A DNA stretch of 64,000 bases from a virus. Position 1 is the stretch's first letter; every line of letters starts with the position of its first letter. The stretch spans positions 1-64,000 of IMG/VR virus record IMGVR_UViG_3300033153_008183; one strand, written 5' to 3'. Position numbers and translations under genes: made by a program. The notes beneath the pieces were generated by a model. It saw only the letters and a program-made list of their open reading frames with translations. It was not told the origin of the DNA and searched no databases. This document shows, in pieces, positions 19,386 through 28,377 of this stretch.

Positions 19386-19925
19386 CTATACATCACTATC
19401 GATAAGTGGATAGCTATTAGCATCCACAATAAAATCTGTATTTGCATCTACTATATAATTTCCTGAAGGAACTTGCATCAATAATACTCCAAAAACGCCT
19501 GCAGGAATAAGTTTTTCTAATATTTCTTGATTAATATCCCCATCAGTGTCAATTGTAAATCCTGCTGGATATCCATTTGTGTATGTTACATATGTAGCTT
19601 CATATAAATTAAATAATACTTTTTTAATCTCAGTAAAAGTTCCTGAAATACTTAAAGAAATTTTTATATTGATACGGTATCTGTAATCATCATCTGTATC
19701 ACCCTCTCTAGCTTCATCCCAAACAGCTCCTATTATGGTCAATTCAGCCCCTGACGCTGTTGATAATACGAATCTGTCCCTTATTTCCAATACAGCAGTC
19801 TGAAGAGGTATAGCAGCTGCTGTCATAGCCTGGAGAAGCTTTTGAAGCTCAGTGCTGTCCTTAAAGTGTTGTACAAGAAGAGAAACAGCTACTGTGGGAT
19901 AGTCACTGGAAACTATTTCTGCCAT
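19386..19925 (-). CDS. Baseplate wedge protein (DUF2612-like), paralogue 2
   Basis: A.GAELTIIG...DDDYRYRI; C-terminal IVDAN repeats. Confidence 0.75.
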   Translation of the reverse strand: MAEIVSSDYPTVAVSLLVQHFKDSTELQKLLQAMTAAAIPLQTAVLEIRDRFVLSTASGAELTIIGAVWDEAREGDTDDDYRYRINIKISLSISGTFTEIKKVLFNLYEATYVTYTNGYPAGFTIDTDGDINQEILEKLIPAGVFGVLLMQVPSGNYIVDANTDFIVDANSYPLIDSDV

Positions 19926-19938
19926 TTATAAATTCCTC

Positions 19939-20397
19939 TCATAAAATTGTTCCTTGTACCCCAGCAGCTGTTAAACTATCTAAAGCAATTTGTGTAATCA
20001 CTGCATCTGTTGTTAAATCATAACCTGCAGGATAATCTGCAGCATATGTAACATATGTAGCTCCATAAAAATAAAGTAATATTTGTTTTATTTCTGGAAT
20101 AGTACCTGAGACAGATAATCCAACTTTAACTTCTATTTTATCTCTATACTCATCATCAGTTTCGGTTATATCCAATCTCCGGGAAACATCCCAGATTCTG
20201 CCTATAATGGTTAATTCTATTCCTTCAGCAGTAGTTATAATAAACTTATCTCTTATCTCAAAAAAAGTAGTCTGCAGTTCCATATTGGTTGTTGCTATAA
20301 TATTAAAAATCTTTTTAAAGTCTTCACTATCTTTAAATCTTTCAATTAAAAGAGAAAGAGCAATTGTAGAATAATCAATACTTTCAAGCTCTGCCAT
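19939..20397 (-). CDS. Baseplate wedge protein (DUF2612-like), paralogue 1
   Basis: AEGIELTIIG...DDEYRDKI; clearly paralogous to its neighbour. Confidence 0.75.
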   Translation of the reverse strand: MAELESIDYSTIALSLLIERFKDSEDFKKIFNIIATTNMELQTTFFEIRDKFIITTAEGIELTIIGRIWDVSRRLDITETDDEYRDKIEVKVGLSVSGTIPEIKQILLYFYGATYVTYAADYPAGYDLTTDAVITQIALDSLTAAGVQGTIL

Positions 20398-21842
20398 TAA
20401 GGTCCCTCAATAACTATGACACGAGTTAATATTATTTCTGCATTCTCTCTGTTTAAAATGACAATATCATCTTCAGCGTATGAAGGAGTTCCTTCCGGAG
20501 TTGCTGTCTTTGCTATTTCTATAGTAAGTTCTCCAGAACCAGGAACTGTGTAAACTGGGATAGAAATTCTTTGTCTGATAACATCAGTTCCTTGTTTCAA
20601 ATAAGTTTCAGCCCAATCAACAACTGCAGCTTGTATCTGTTCATCTCCATCAGAGGGGTAAATTTCTTCAGAATTAGGAATTCTTGTGATACGTGCCCAC
20701 ACATAAATAGGAGTAGGCCGGGTGAAATCAATAGTTACATCAGTGCTGTCAATAGGATCTACAGCTGTTCCTGAATCATTATCACCATATATCTCTATAC
20801 CTGCAGGAGCATTTTCATAAATTGCCTGGGCTATCTCATCCTCATCACCACCTAAAACTACTGTTTCAAATGCTTTTGCAGGAATTCCAGAAGCATCTGT
20901 TACTAATGTTCGATTGCTGAAAACAGAAACTGAACTTACATTTTCTACTTTTTCAACTGCTATCTGTATAGCATTATCTGTACTTTTTCCAGAAATCAAT
21001 TCTTTTCTGCGTCTGATTCTCAAAGCGACATCTGTTTCTATTTCAGATCCGGTTTCTCCTGCAGATGGATTATTCACAGAATCCCATCCTGAAACAGGTG
21101 TTACAATCTCAATAAGAGAATTTGCCGGTGCTGTGATTACTCCTGACGTATTAGATCTAAAATCTCCAGCAGAAGCTAAAATATCCAACGTCCAAAGCAC
21201 ATTATAATCAAATGAAAAATCAACAATAGCAAAAATCTCTAAAGTACCATTTACCAGAGTTCCTGTGACTCCACTTGGAAGTTCTGCAATCATAGCCGTT
21301 ATTATCTCATCAACTGTAGGATCAGCATCTGCAATTACAGAATATACCACACTGTTAATTGTAATAGTGTATTCATCAGATTCGCTGGGTTCATCCGGTG
21401 TTAAAATAGCTTTACGAGCAACTGCTTTTGTAATAATAATCCCATCTACCAAAGCAAAATAAAGATCATCAGCTGGTGAAAAAGAAGCTGATAAAGTAAT
21501 TCTATTCTCATCAGCAGCTATAACTGTTCCTTCATCACCATAACAGAGAACATTTTGTGCAAATGTATAACTGGCAGCTTTACGCACCGTACCTGTTTCT
21601 GCACTGATCCGGTCAAGACTTACTCCTGTAGCTGAATCAGGATCCCTGGATAAATATATCTCTTCTATAATTTCATCCTGGTCCGTCATTATTTTAGAAG
21701 TAATGGCTACTAACTGTCCGAAAGGACCACTCGGATCCAAATCAGCATCATCTCCAAATTGTTCTTTAAAAAGATCTTCAACCTTTATTTTCCATTCTGC
21801 TAATGATTCTTTCTGATAACCAGAATCAGTAAATGTACCCAT
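20397..21842 (-). CDS. Baseplate J-like wedge protein
   Basis: DPDSATGVSLD, G.EIETD..LRIRR and IAQAIY..APAGI motifs. Confidence 0.88.
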   Translation of the reverse strand: MGTFTDSGYQKESLAEWKIKVEDLFKEQFGDDADLDPSGPFGQLVAITSKIMTDQDEIIEEIYLSRDPDSATGVSLDRISAETGTVRKAASYTFAQNVLCYGDEGTVIAADENRITLSASFSPADDLYFALVDGIIITKAVARKAILTPDEPSESDEYTITINSVVYSVIADADPTVDEIITAMIAELPSGVTGTLVNGTLEIFAIVDFSFDYNVLWTLDILASAGDFRSNTSGVITAPANSLIEIVTPVSGWDSVNNPSAGETGSEIETDVALRIRRRKELISGKSTDNAIQIAVEKVENVSSVSVFSNRTLVTDASGIPAKAFETVVLGGDEDEIAQAIYENAPAGIEIYGDNDSGTAVDPIDSTDVTIDFTRPTPIYVWARITRIPNSEEIYPSDGDEQIQAAVVDWAETYLKQGTDVIRQRISIPVYTVPGSGELTIEIAKTATPEGTPSYAEDDIVILNRENAEIILTRVIVIEGP

Positions 21843-22207
21843 TAGGAAACCTCCAAAGCAGTATCTCCGGATACTTCACCCAGTACCGTATCAACTGTAA
21901 ATTTAATTGCATATGTTCTGGTAGCTCCTATATACTCTCCTGTATAGGAAATAATAGAATTTACACCTTCTGTTTCTAATAAAGTATTCTTAAAAAAAGA
22001 ATCTACTAATGATCTGTCACTTGTTTTTACAAACACTTGAGAAACATAAGGAATTCCTAATGTCTTATCTAAAAAATAGTCACCTTTAATCATAAGAAGA
22101 TTACTTTCACATAATTGAGCAAGAGCTCCTATATCTGAAGTCATAGTTAGATTTCTTTTAGTTATTACTATATCATTTGTAATTGGATCAATATATAAAT
22201 TTGTCAT
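21842..22207 (-). CDS. gp25/W-like baseplate protein
   Basis: GDYFLDKTLGIPY...LETEGV; gene order. Confidence 0.75.
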   Translation of the reverse strand: MTNLYIDPITNDIVITKRNLTMTSDIGALAQLCESNLLMIKGDYFLDKTLGIPYVSQVFVKTSDRSLVDSFFKNTLLETEGVNSIISYTGEYIGATRTYAIKFTVDTVLGEVSGDTALEVS

Positions 22208-22581
22208 TCTGCCCTCACTTTAATTTGGCCCGCATCGTTCACTTCTAAACTGCAGGCACATGGCATGGGGGTATAAGGTGAAGCAGTCAAAGTGAAACTT
22301 CCAGCACAAACTCCAATATCACCTTTACGCATTACAGCTTTACTATCTGACTTAACTTTTAAAGCAGTAGCTATGACTCCATCACTCGCTCCAGAGACAA
22401 AAGTATGTGAAGCTAATGTACAACCTGAAGGTGACCACCCTATACTATTCACTGCCACATTAGACCCATTCATCTTAAATTTACCGGGAGTATCTGAGGT
22501 ACTTCCATCAGGAGTAGCAGCTCCTGGTATTGTATTGGTAACTTGCAGATTATAATCCACATTAGCTATTTCTGCTCCCAT
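22204..22581 (-). CDS. PAAR-like spike tip protein
   Basis: KVKSDSKAVMRKGD.G.C...C.C...AGQ.KV; immediately downstream of the spike gene. Confidence 0.65.
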   Translation of the reverse strand: MGAEIANVDYNLQVTNTIPGAATPDGSTSDTPGKFKMNGSNVAVNSIGWSPSGCTLASHTFVSGASDGVIATALKVKSDSKAVMRKGDIGVCAGSFTLTASPYTPMPCACSLEVNDAGQIKVRAE

Positions 22582-23120
22582 TATTGTAATACCTCTAAAT
22601 TAGTCCCATTAATTGACACCTTACTGGAATCCGTTACAATGCTATTACCATTAGTGTCTTCAATTATAACCTCTTTAGCACCATCCAACCTTAAATTTCC
22701 ATCTTTATCTATGTATAAGTTTACAGTAGATTCTACTACTTTCGGAGTTAAACCTAAAATAGCAATAGCATCTGTTTCAGAAAATCTATGTTTCCCTTCC
22801 GGAGTGACTTGATTACAACCATCAGAATCAACCCAGGCTCCTAAAGCAGCCTCAGAGAAAACTAATAAAACACCATCTCCTTTTTGAACTTCCCAGGACA
22901 TTTTAAAAGCTTGTCCAGAAGGAAACATAACAGGTACTCCAGGTATAACCGGGAGAGCTACTTCTGTATTTTTTATAGTTATTTTACTTAAAAGAGGAAG
23001 AACATCAGCAGTTTGAGTAGCTTCATCATATTTTTCTATTTTACCAGGGATAGCAGTATGAACATCTTCAAACTTAGAACTTAACCAGATGGTCATAGCT
23101 TCTACTAAATCTGTTCTCAT
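22581..23120 (-). CDS. Baseplate central spike (gp138/gpV-like)
   Basis: HTAIPGKI..YD, VPVMFP, GDGVLLVFSE and TDAIAI motifs. Confidence 0.85.
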   Translation of the reverse strand: MRTDLVEAMTIWLSSKFEDVHTAIPGKIEKYDEATQTADVLPLLSKITIKNTEVALPVIPGVPVMFPSGQAFKMSWEVQKGDGVLLVFSEAALGAWVDSDGCNQVTPEGKHRFSETDAIAILGLTPKVVESTVNLYIDKDGNLRLDGAKEVIIEDTNGNSIVTDSSKVSINGTNLEVLQ

Positions 23121-23965
23121 GTTACTCCCTCCCCAGTTGCTATAAATGCTCCTCCATAATTATTACCTGAAAACGATACTTTTTCAAGAATAAAAGTACC
23201 TTCAACTGTACTCTCATCTAATACTACAACACCATTAGGATTTAATTGAGGATTTAAAAGAGATTTAAAAGATACTCTTAAGGGAAACTCTTCTTCCGGA
23301 TTACCTGCTTTACTAGAATCAGTCAATTTAGCAGTTCCTATTAATCCTGTCTCCGGAGTAAGGTAAACTACTTTAAATCTTGTATCTGCAGTATTCCGTT
23401 CAAAAACTACAACAGTAGTATTGTCAATAAAAAGATCCATGCCATTAACTGCTAAAATATCTTTACATTTGGCAAAAGCTGCTTTAGCAGATCCTGCAAA
23501 AGAAAAACCATTAGATAACTTTATATTTTTAGCTATTTCAAAACCATAAGTAGTAAGACCTAAAGCTGTAGCTATATCCTTTAAAGGAGTTGTGATTGCT
23601 ATGTTTCGTTTGTATGAAAGACTGACCGTGACATATTCTAAATCTCTATTTGCATTCTGAATACTTCCAGCCACAATATCTACTATACGATTAGGACCTT
23701 CTTTATAGGTAACACTTTCAATAATCTGTCCTACATAAATAACTCCAGAACCTTCATCGTCATAACCAGCAGTAACAATAATACTAGCTCCTTTTTTTAA
23801 AAACTTTTCCTGAGTGTCAGAAGCAGGGTTATATATTTTTAATTTTGCAGAATTTGCAGAAAAATCAATAGATCTTTCTATTTGAAAATCAATATTAAGA
23901 TCTGAAATAAGAATACCTGTGTGTTCAAATCCTATTTTCACATTTAAAATTCTATTGAAAGCCAT
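23117..23965 (-). CDS. Baseplate hub protein
   Basis: KIYN, AGY, TGLIG and LLNP motifs; start taken at MAFNR. Confidence 0.8.
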   Translation of the reverse strand: MAFNRILNVKIGFEHTGILISDLNIDFQIERSIDFSANSAKLKIYNPASDTQEKFLKKGASIIVTAGYDDEGSGVIYVGQIIESVTYKEGPNRIVDIVAGSIQNANRDLEYVTVSLSYKRNIAITTPLKDIATALGLTTYGFEIAKNIKLSNGFSFAGSAKAAFAKCKDILAVNGMDLFIDNTTVVVFERNTADTRFKVVYLTPETGLIGTAKLTDSSKAGNPEEEFPLRVSFKSLLNPQLNPNGVVVLDESTVEGTFILEKVSFSGNNYGGAFIATGEGVT

Positions 23966-24305
23966 TAAAATCCTTCCAATTATTGAACTCTTCATTTGAA
24001 AGATAAAAAAGACCGTGACCTTCCCCCAAACTAGAATAAGTTATTTCAGTAGTTAAGGCTGAATTTTGTAAAAAAATTAAAAACTGACCTGATAAATTAG
24101 TTACAAATTGATATAGTAATGGAAAATTTACAACCATTTTAATACCATTTAAAGTTAATCCTGAAGCTACTTCTTTATATTCATTTAACATCCAATATTG
24201 ACTCTTAGTATTCCATGCGAATCTAAGACTGATTTCAACATTATCTAATGTAATTCTTTCTGTGAAATCAGAAGATTGATCTTGAAAAACAGGTATTTCC
24301 AACAT
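23952..24305 (-). CDS. Baseplate-associated protein
   Basis: LRFAWN...W; typical position between the tube initiator and hub. Confidence 0.65.
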   Translation of the reverse strand: MLEIPVFQDQSSDFTERITLDNVEISLRFAWNTKSQYWMLNEYKEVASGLTLNGIKMVVNFPLLYQFVTNLSGQFLIFLQNSALTTEITYSSLGEGHGLFYLSNEEFNNWKDFNGFQ

Positions 24306-24958
24306 TATCTACCTCCATAATGAATAGTAGGAGCTGATTTTTCTGCATAAGTTCTATCTTCATAATAAGAAGGTGTCTCATGTACTGATTGACTTCCAAC
24401 ATCTACTGGAGGAGAAGCCTGTTGACTTTCCTCAGTTTCTAATTCAGTTATCACAATACTGGCATCTACAGATATTTTTTTAAGTCTTATAATTCTAAAT
24501 TCAGTAAAAGATACTTCAAAAGTACCAGCTTCACCTACTCCTACATTTCGAGAAGTACTTATTTTAGTGATAGCAACATCTTCATAAACTTCAAGGTCAG
24601 TTACTAAAGTTACAAGTTCTTTTGATTTCCATAATTGTTTAAAAAGATCATATACATCCTGTACTCTATTTGTTTCTAATTCTCCTATCTTCAAACTATA
24701 ATTAGAAACAAAAAATGAAGCTGATCCAGAACGTAACTCTTTTTCTATATGATCTGTGATAGGAGAACCATCTTCTACTGGATGATTAGTAACTTTACTA
24801 TTAAATGAATGTGATTCAGATATTTGAAGATCAAATACCAAACTAAATGAATCACTTTTAATAGATTTACTTCGTTTACGGCCCCCAAAAAGCATAGCAG
24901 GAATTTTTAAACTTCTTGTTTGTGATTTTGAATGACGATAAACATTTTCACTTACCAT
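24305..24958 (-). CDS. Tail tube initiator / Dit-like protein
   Basis: ESH...VTNHPVEDGSPITDH; follows the TMP. Confidence 0.78.
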   Translation of the reverse strand: MVSENVYRHSKSQTRSLKIPAMLFGGRKRSKSIKSDSFSLVFDLQISESHSFNSKVTNHPVEDGSPITDHIEKELRSGSASFFVSNYSLKIGELETNRVQDVYDLFKQLWKSKELVTLVTDLEVYEDVAITKISTSRNVGVGEAGTFEVSFTEFRIIRLKKISVDASIVITELETEESQQASPPVDVGSQSVHETPSYYEDRTYAEKSAPTIHYGGR

Positions 24959-24959
24959 A

Positions 24960-27203
24960 CTAAATTCCTGCTTCTATAAGTATTTTTCTAACTTCAATTG
25001 CTACTGCTGATCTGGCGGCAGCTGCAACAGCCCCAGCATTATTAGGATCTACACCTTCAATAGTGACATTGGTATCACCAAATGTAGCATTTGTAGTTGT
25101 GGAAGAAGTTGCTCCTCCTGGAGCCCCCAACATTTCCTCTTTCATACCTTTCTCATAAGCTCCTTCTGCTTTTCCCCAGCTCGAAGGATCTTTTATAGAT
25201 TCAATTAAATCTATAATAAATCTTAAATCTTCTAACCAATTAGCAAAAGGCATTTCTACATTTGTAAGCCATGTGACAAACTCTTGAAATTTTCTTGTTG
25301 CAGCATTCATGTCATCTAAAGATTGATTCATAGGATTTAAAAATACGTCCATCAAAGATTTTCCAACTTGATTTATAATATCTAGTAATCCTTTAAAAAC
25401 AACTCCTAAAGGAGTTAAAATTGCCATCACTAATCTTAAAATAAAAGAAAGCGGACTAATTATAATACCTAATGAATTAATGATAGGAGGAAGTATGTCA
25501 GCCGCAAATCTCATGAAATCTTCAAATACACTTTCGAGACCTGAATTTTTCATGAATCTAACAGTTGCAGCCCCCATTTTAGATTTATATTGTTTTACTG
25601 CTCCTGGTAATCCTAAAAATCCCATACCTGCCATTTCTGCTGCAATATTTCCAGCCTTAGCAATTTCACCTCCAAACTCAGTTACAGCTTCAGCATTACC
25701 CGTAATAATAGGAGCCAAAGCTCTCCAGGGACGTATTCCTAATCCAGCTAAAAATTGTCCTTTAGAGACTTCATCCATATTTTGAAGAGCCATAAAAAGC
25801 TCATTTATATTATCTATTTTACCAGTTTCATCTACAAAATTACCTATAGCAATCCCACCAGCTTGCATCAATTTAGTAAGTTTTTTAGAAGGATTAGTTA
25901 ATTCCATTATAGCATTACGAACCATAGTACCTGATTCTTCTCCAGCTAAACCATTCTTAGCAAGAACACCCAACCATGAACTTAACTGCTCCACACTTAA
26001 ACCAGCTAATCTACCTGCAGGACCAATGTTTGCTAAAGCAGAACCTAACTGTTCTATATTTGTATTTGAATTAGAAGCTGTATATGCTAATGTATTATTA
26101 ATACGAGCAAGATCTTCAACTTGTAAAGCATTCGATGACATAATGTTTGTAGATATATCAGCAGCTCTTGCTAAATCCATTTCTCCAGCTGCAGCTAATT
26201 GAAGTACTCCAGGAAGAGCTCCCATAACTTCTTTAACAGTAAGACCAGCCATTCCCAGAAACTTCTGAGCTTTAGCTGCTTCTGTAACAGTAAAAATACT
26301 TGCCTCACCTGATTTAATAGCTGAGACTGCTAATTGCTCCATCTCTTTATTAGTAGCCATTGTAACACGTTTAACACCCATCATAGATGTTTCAAATGCA
26401 ATAAATTGTCTGGTTGCAGATGCAATAGCTTTAATAGATTTGACAACTGCAAAAATAGCTCCTACTACTAAACCTAAAGCAGCAACAGCTCCTATAGCGG
26501 TGGCAGGTAGAGCACCCAAAGCTTTTCCTAAAAATGGAATTTTAGATGTTGCTCCTTGTATGCTTGTTCCGAAACCTTTAAAAAATGAACTAAGCTTGCC
26601 CCCTACTTTTTGAAACCCCCCAACCATAGCTTTTAAAAATTTATTATTTCCAGTCATTACAGTAGTTACTATTTTATTCCAGGTTTTTGTGATCCATAAC
26701 TTTAATTTCAAAAGACCAGCTTTTGTTTTGATCCATAATTTAGACAGACCTATCTTCATAGCTGCCCATATTCCAGACATTTGCGTTTTAAAAGAAAGCC
26801 ACATAGCCTTCCAGCCTTTTTGCATAACATGCATCCAGGAACGAACGGCACTTCTTAATCTTGTTAAAGTTAATCCCAATTTATTCATTGGGAGCATTAC
26901 TTTTTGAACTCCTAAAAATAATTTATGAAACATTTTTCCCGGAGTAAACTGATCTAAAAGTTTAAATGTGTTTTTAAATCCATTGAGAAACATTCTGGTT
27001 CTATTGAAGGTAGTAAGAAAACCGGACATACTCTGGAACCATTGGTTAGGAATTCCCTTTCTTAATTGATCCTGAAATCTAGTCCAGACATTATCTGTTC
27101 CTGTGACTTTTTCCTTTGCTTCATTTACCTTCTTAGCAAAATCTTTAACTTTAGAAGTATCAGCTTTAAAAGAAAACTTTGATATAAATTCTTCAATGAC
27201 CAC
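24960..27203 (-). CDS. Tape measure protein
   Basis: TP901-like core (FETSM..V, LGMAG, LQLAAAG, SNTNIEQLG); follows the chaperone. Confidence 0.92.
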   Translation of the reverse strand: MVIEEFISKFSFKADTSKVKDFAKKVNEAKEKVTGTDNVWTRFQDQLRKGIPNQWFQSMSGFLTTFNRTRMFLNGFKNTFKLLDQFTPGKMFHKLFLGVQKVMLPMNKLGLTLTRLRSAVRSWMHVMQKGWKAMWLSFKTQMSGIWAAMKIGLSKLWIKTKAGLLKLKLWITKTWNKIVTTVMTGNNKFLKAMVGGFQKVGGKLSSFFKGFGTSIQGATSKIPFLGKALGALPATAIGAVAALGLVVGAIFAVVKSIKAIASATRQFIAFETSMMGVKRVTMATNKEMEQLAVSAIKSGEASIFTVTEAAKAQKFLGMAGLTVKEVMGALPGVLQLAAAGEMDLARAADISTNIMSSNALQVEDLARINNTLAYTASNSNTNIEQLGSALANIGPAGRLAGLSVEQLSSWLGVLAKNGLAGEESGTMVRNAIMELTNPSKKLTKLMQAGGIAIGNFVDETGKIDNINELFMALQNMDEVSKGQFLAGLGIRPWRALAPIITGNAEAVTEFGGEIAKAGNIAAEMAGMGFLGLPGAVKQYKSKMGAATVRFMKNSGLESVFEDFMRFAADILPPIINSLGIIISPLSFILRLVMAILTPLGVVFKGLLDIINQVGKSLMDVFLNPMNQSLDDMNAATRKFQEFVTWLTNVEMPFANWLEDLRFIIDLIESIKDPSSWGKAEGAYEKGMKEEMLGAPGGATSSTTTNATFGDTNVTIEGVDPNNAGAVAAAARSAVAIEVRKILIEAGI

Positions 27204-27215
27204 TATACTTCCCCT

Positions 27216-27533
27216 TTACTTACCTGTTTTACTTTGTATTATAGACTGTAATCCATCTTCTGCAGTCTTATAATCCTGCTCCATATCCAATAAAGCATTT
27301 GCCTTAAGAACATCATCTAAAGACCATTCTGTCTCTATTTGATACCTGCTGATTTGAAAACCAGATTCCTTTATAATTCTCCAAACCAGCCATTCAGATT
27401 CAAATTCTTCATCAAGTGTCCCTACATCACCTAATGTTTTTATTCTTCGTTTTCGCTTTCTATTTCCTCGGCTGTAGTAAGGATTCCGCTCATTAGTTCT
27501 CCAATATCGCCCTCCATGTCCCTTACTAAAGGG
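27216..27533 (-). CDS. -1 frameshift extension (gpGT-like) of the tail assembly chaperone
   Basis: C CCT TTA slippery heptamer at 27527-27533; the -1 frame is open to TAA at 27216-27218 (...ESEWLVWRII...WSLDDVLKANALLDME...). Confidence 0.8.
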   Translation of the reverse strand, partial: PFSKGHGGRYWRTNERNPYYSRGNRKRKRRIKTLGDVGTLDEEFESEWLVWRIIKESGFQISRYQIETEWSLDDVLKANALLDMEQDYKTAEDGLQSIIQSKTGK

Positions 27534-27886
27534 AAGCGGTTGTGTCTCATCACATCAAATGCAACTACAAAAATAGCATCCGGATCTAAACCCATGAATG
27601 CTGTGTTGAAAGAAGCTTCTGAATCTATTTGAAATGGAGGTTTTCCTGATGGAATAATTTGTACACATGAAAATAATTGAAGCCAAAGCGTATTCAAATC
27701 TTTATCATCTAAGGTATTAAGAGCTGGTCCCAAAGCAGCAAATACTTCTGTTTGAGAATCACCACTGAAAGCTGTTCCAATAATTCCAGTCAATTTTTTT
27801 AGAACAGCCATTGCTGTGAGAGGAGAAAGAGTTCCAATATGAAACTCTATTCCCTCTACAGTTATTATTTTTGTTTTTTTAATCAT
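27440..27886 (-). CDS. Tail assembly chaperone (gpG-like)
   Basis: Located between tube and TMP; contains the slippery site. Confidence 0.82.
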   Translation of the reverse strand: MIKKTKIITVEGIEFHIGTLSPLTAMAVLKKLTGIIGTAFSGDSQTEVFAALGPALNTLDDKDLNTLWLQLFSCVQIIPSGKPPFQIDSEASFNTAFMGLDPDAIFVVAFDVMRHNRFPLVRDMEGDIGELMSGILTTAEEIESENEE

Positions 27887-27915
27887 TTCCTTCCTTCCTT
27901 CCTTTAATGATTATT

Positions 27916-28362
27916 TTAGAGAACTGCTAATCCAAAATCTATAACTCCTGGACCAGTATCTATTACCCATTCTATTGTAGAAGCACTATCTGAACCCTCC
28001 CAATCTGGGGTTTTTCGGATCCAGGCACTCACATAAAAAGCAGCAATTGTACCATTTATATCAGTTATAGTCAGAGGTCCTTTACCTGCACCTGATGCTT
28101 TGTCAAGTTGATGCAGTGCATCTAACGCTCTGTTAGCTAAACTTGTTGCGATTAGTGTTATAGTAACTTCAGAATCATATACATTTTTACTGTATCTTTC
28201 TACAGTACCATCAGCCCCTCTTACTTTTTCATAAAAATCATCGGGAGCTACAACTGTAACAAAACTACCTGGAGCATACCCTGTTATTAGTACTCCGTTA
28301 AACGTTATGATAACTTTTGTTGGATCTATAGTCCTTACATTAGGATCAATCATATCACTCAT
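27916..28362 (-). CDS. Tail tube protein
   Basis: RGADG...ITL..TS..N..L, P.TITD.NG and W.I; follows the sheath. Confidence 0.85.
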   Translation of the reverse strand: MSDMIDPNVRTIDPTKVIITFNGVLITGYAPGSFVTVVAPDDFYEKVRGADGTVERYSKNVYDSEVTITLIATSLANRALDALHQLDKASGAGKGPLTITDINGTIAAFYVSAWIRKTPDWEGSDSASTIEWVIDTGPGVIDFGLAVL

Positions 28363-28377
28363 TTCTTTCCTCCCTTA

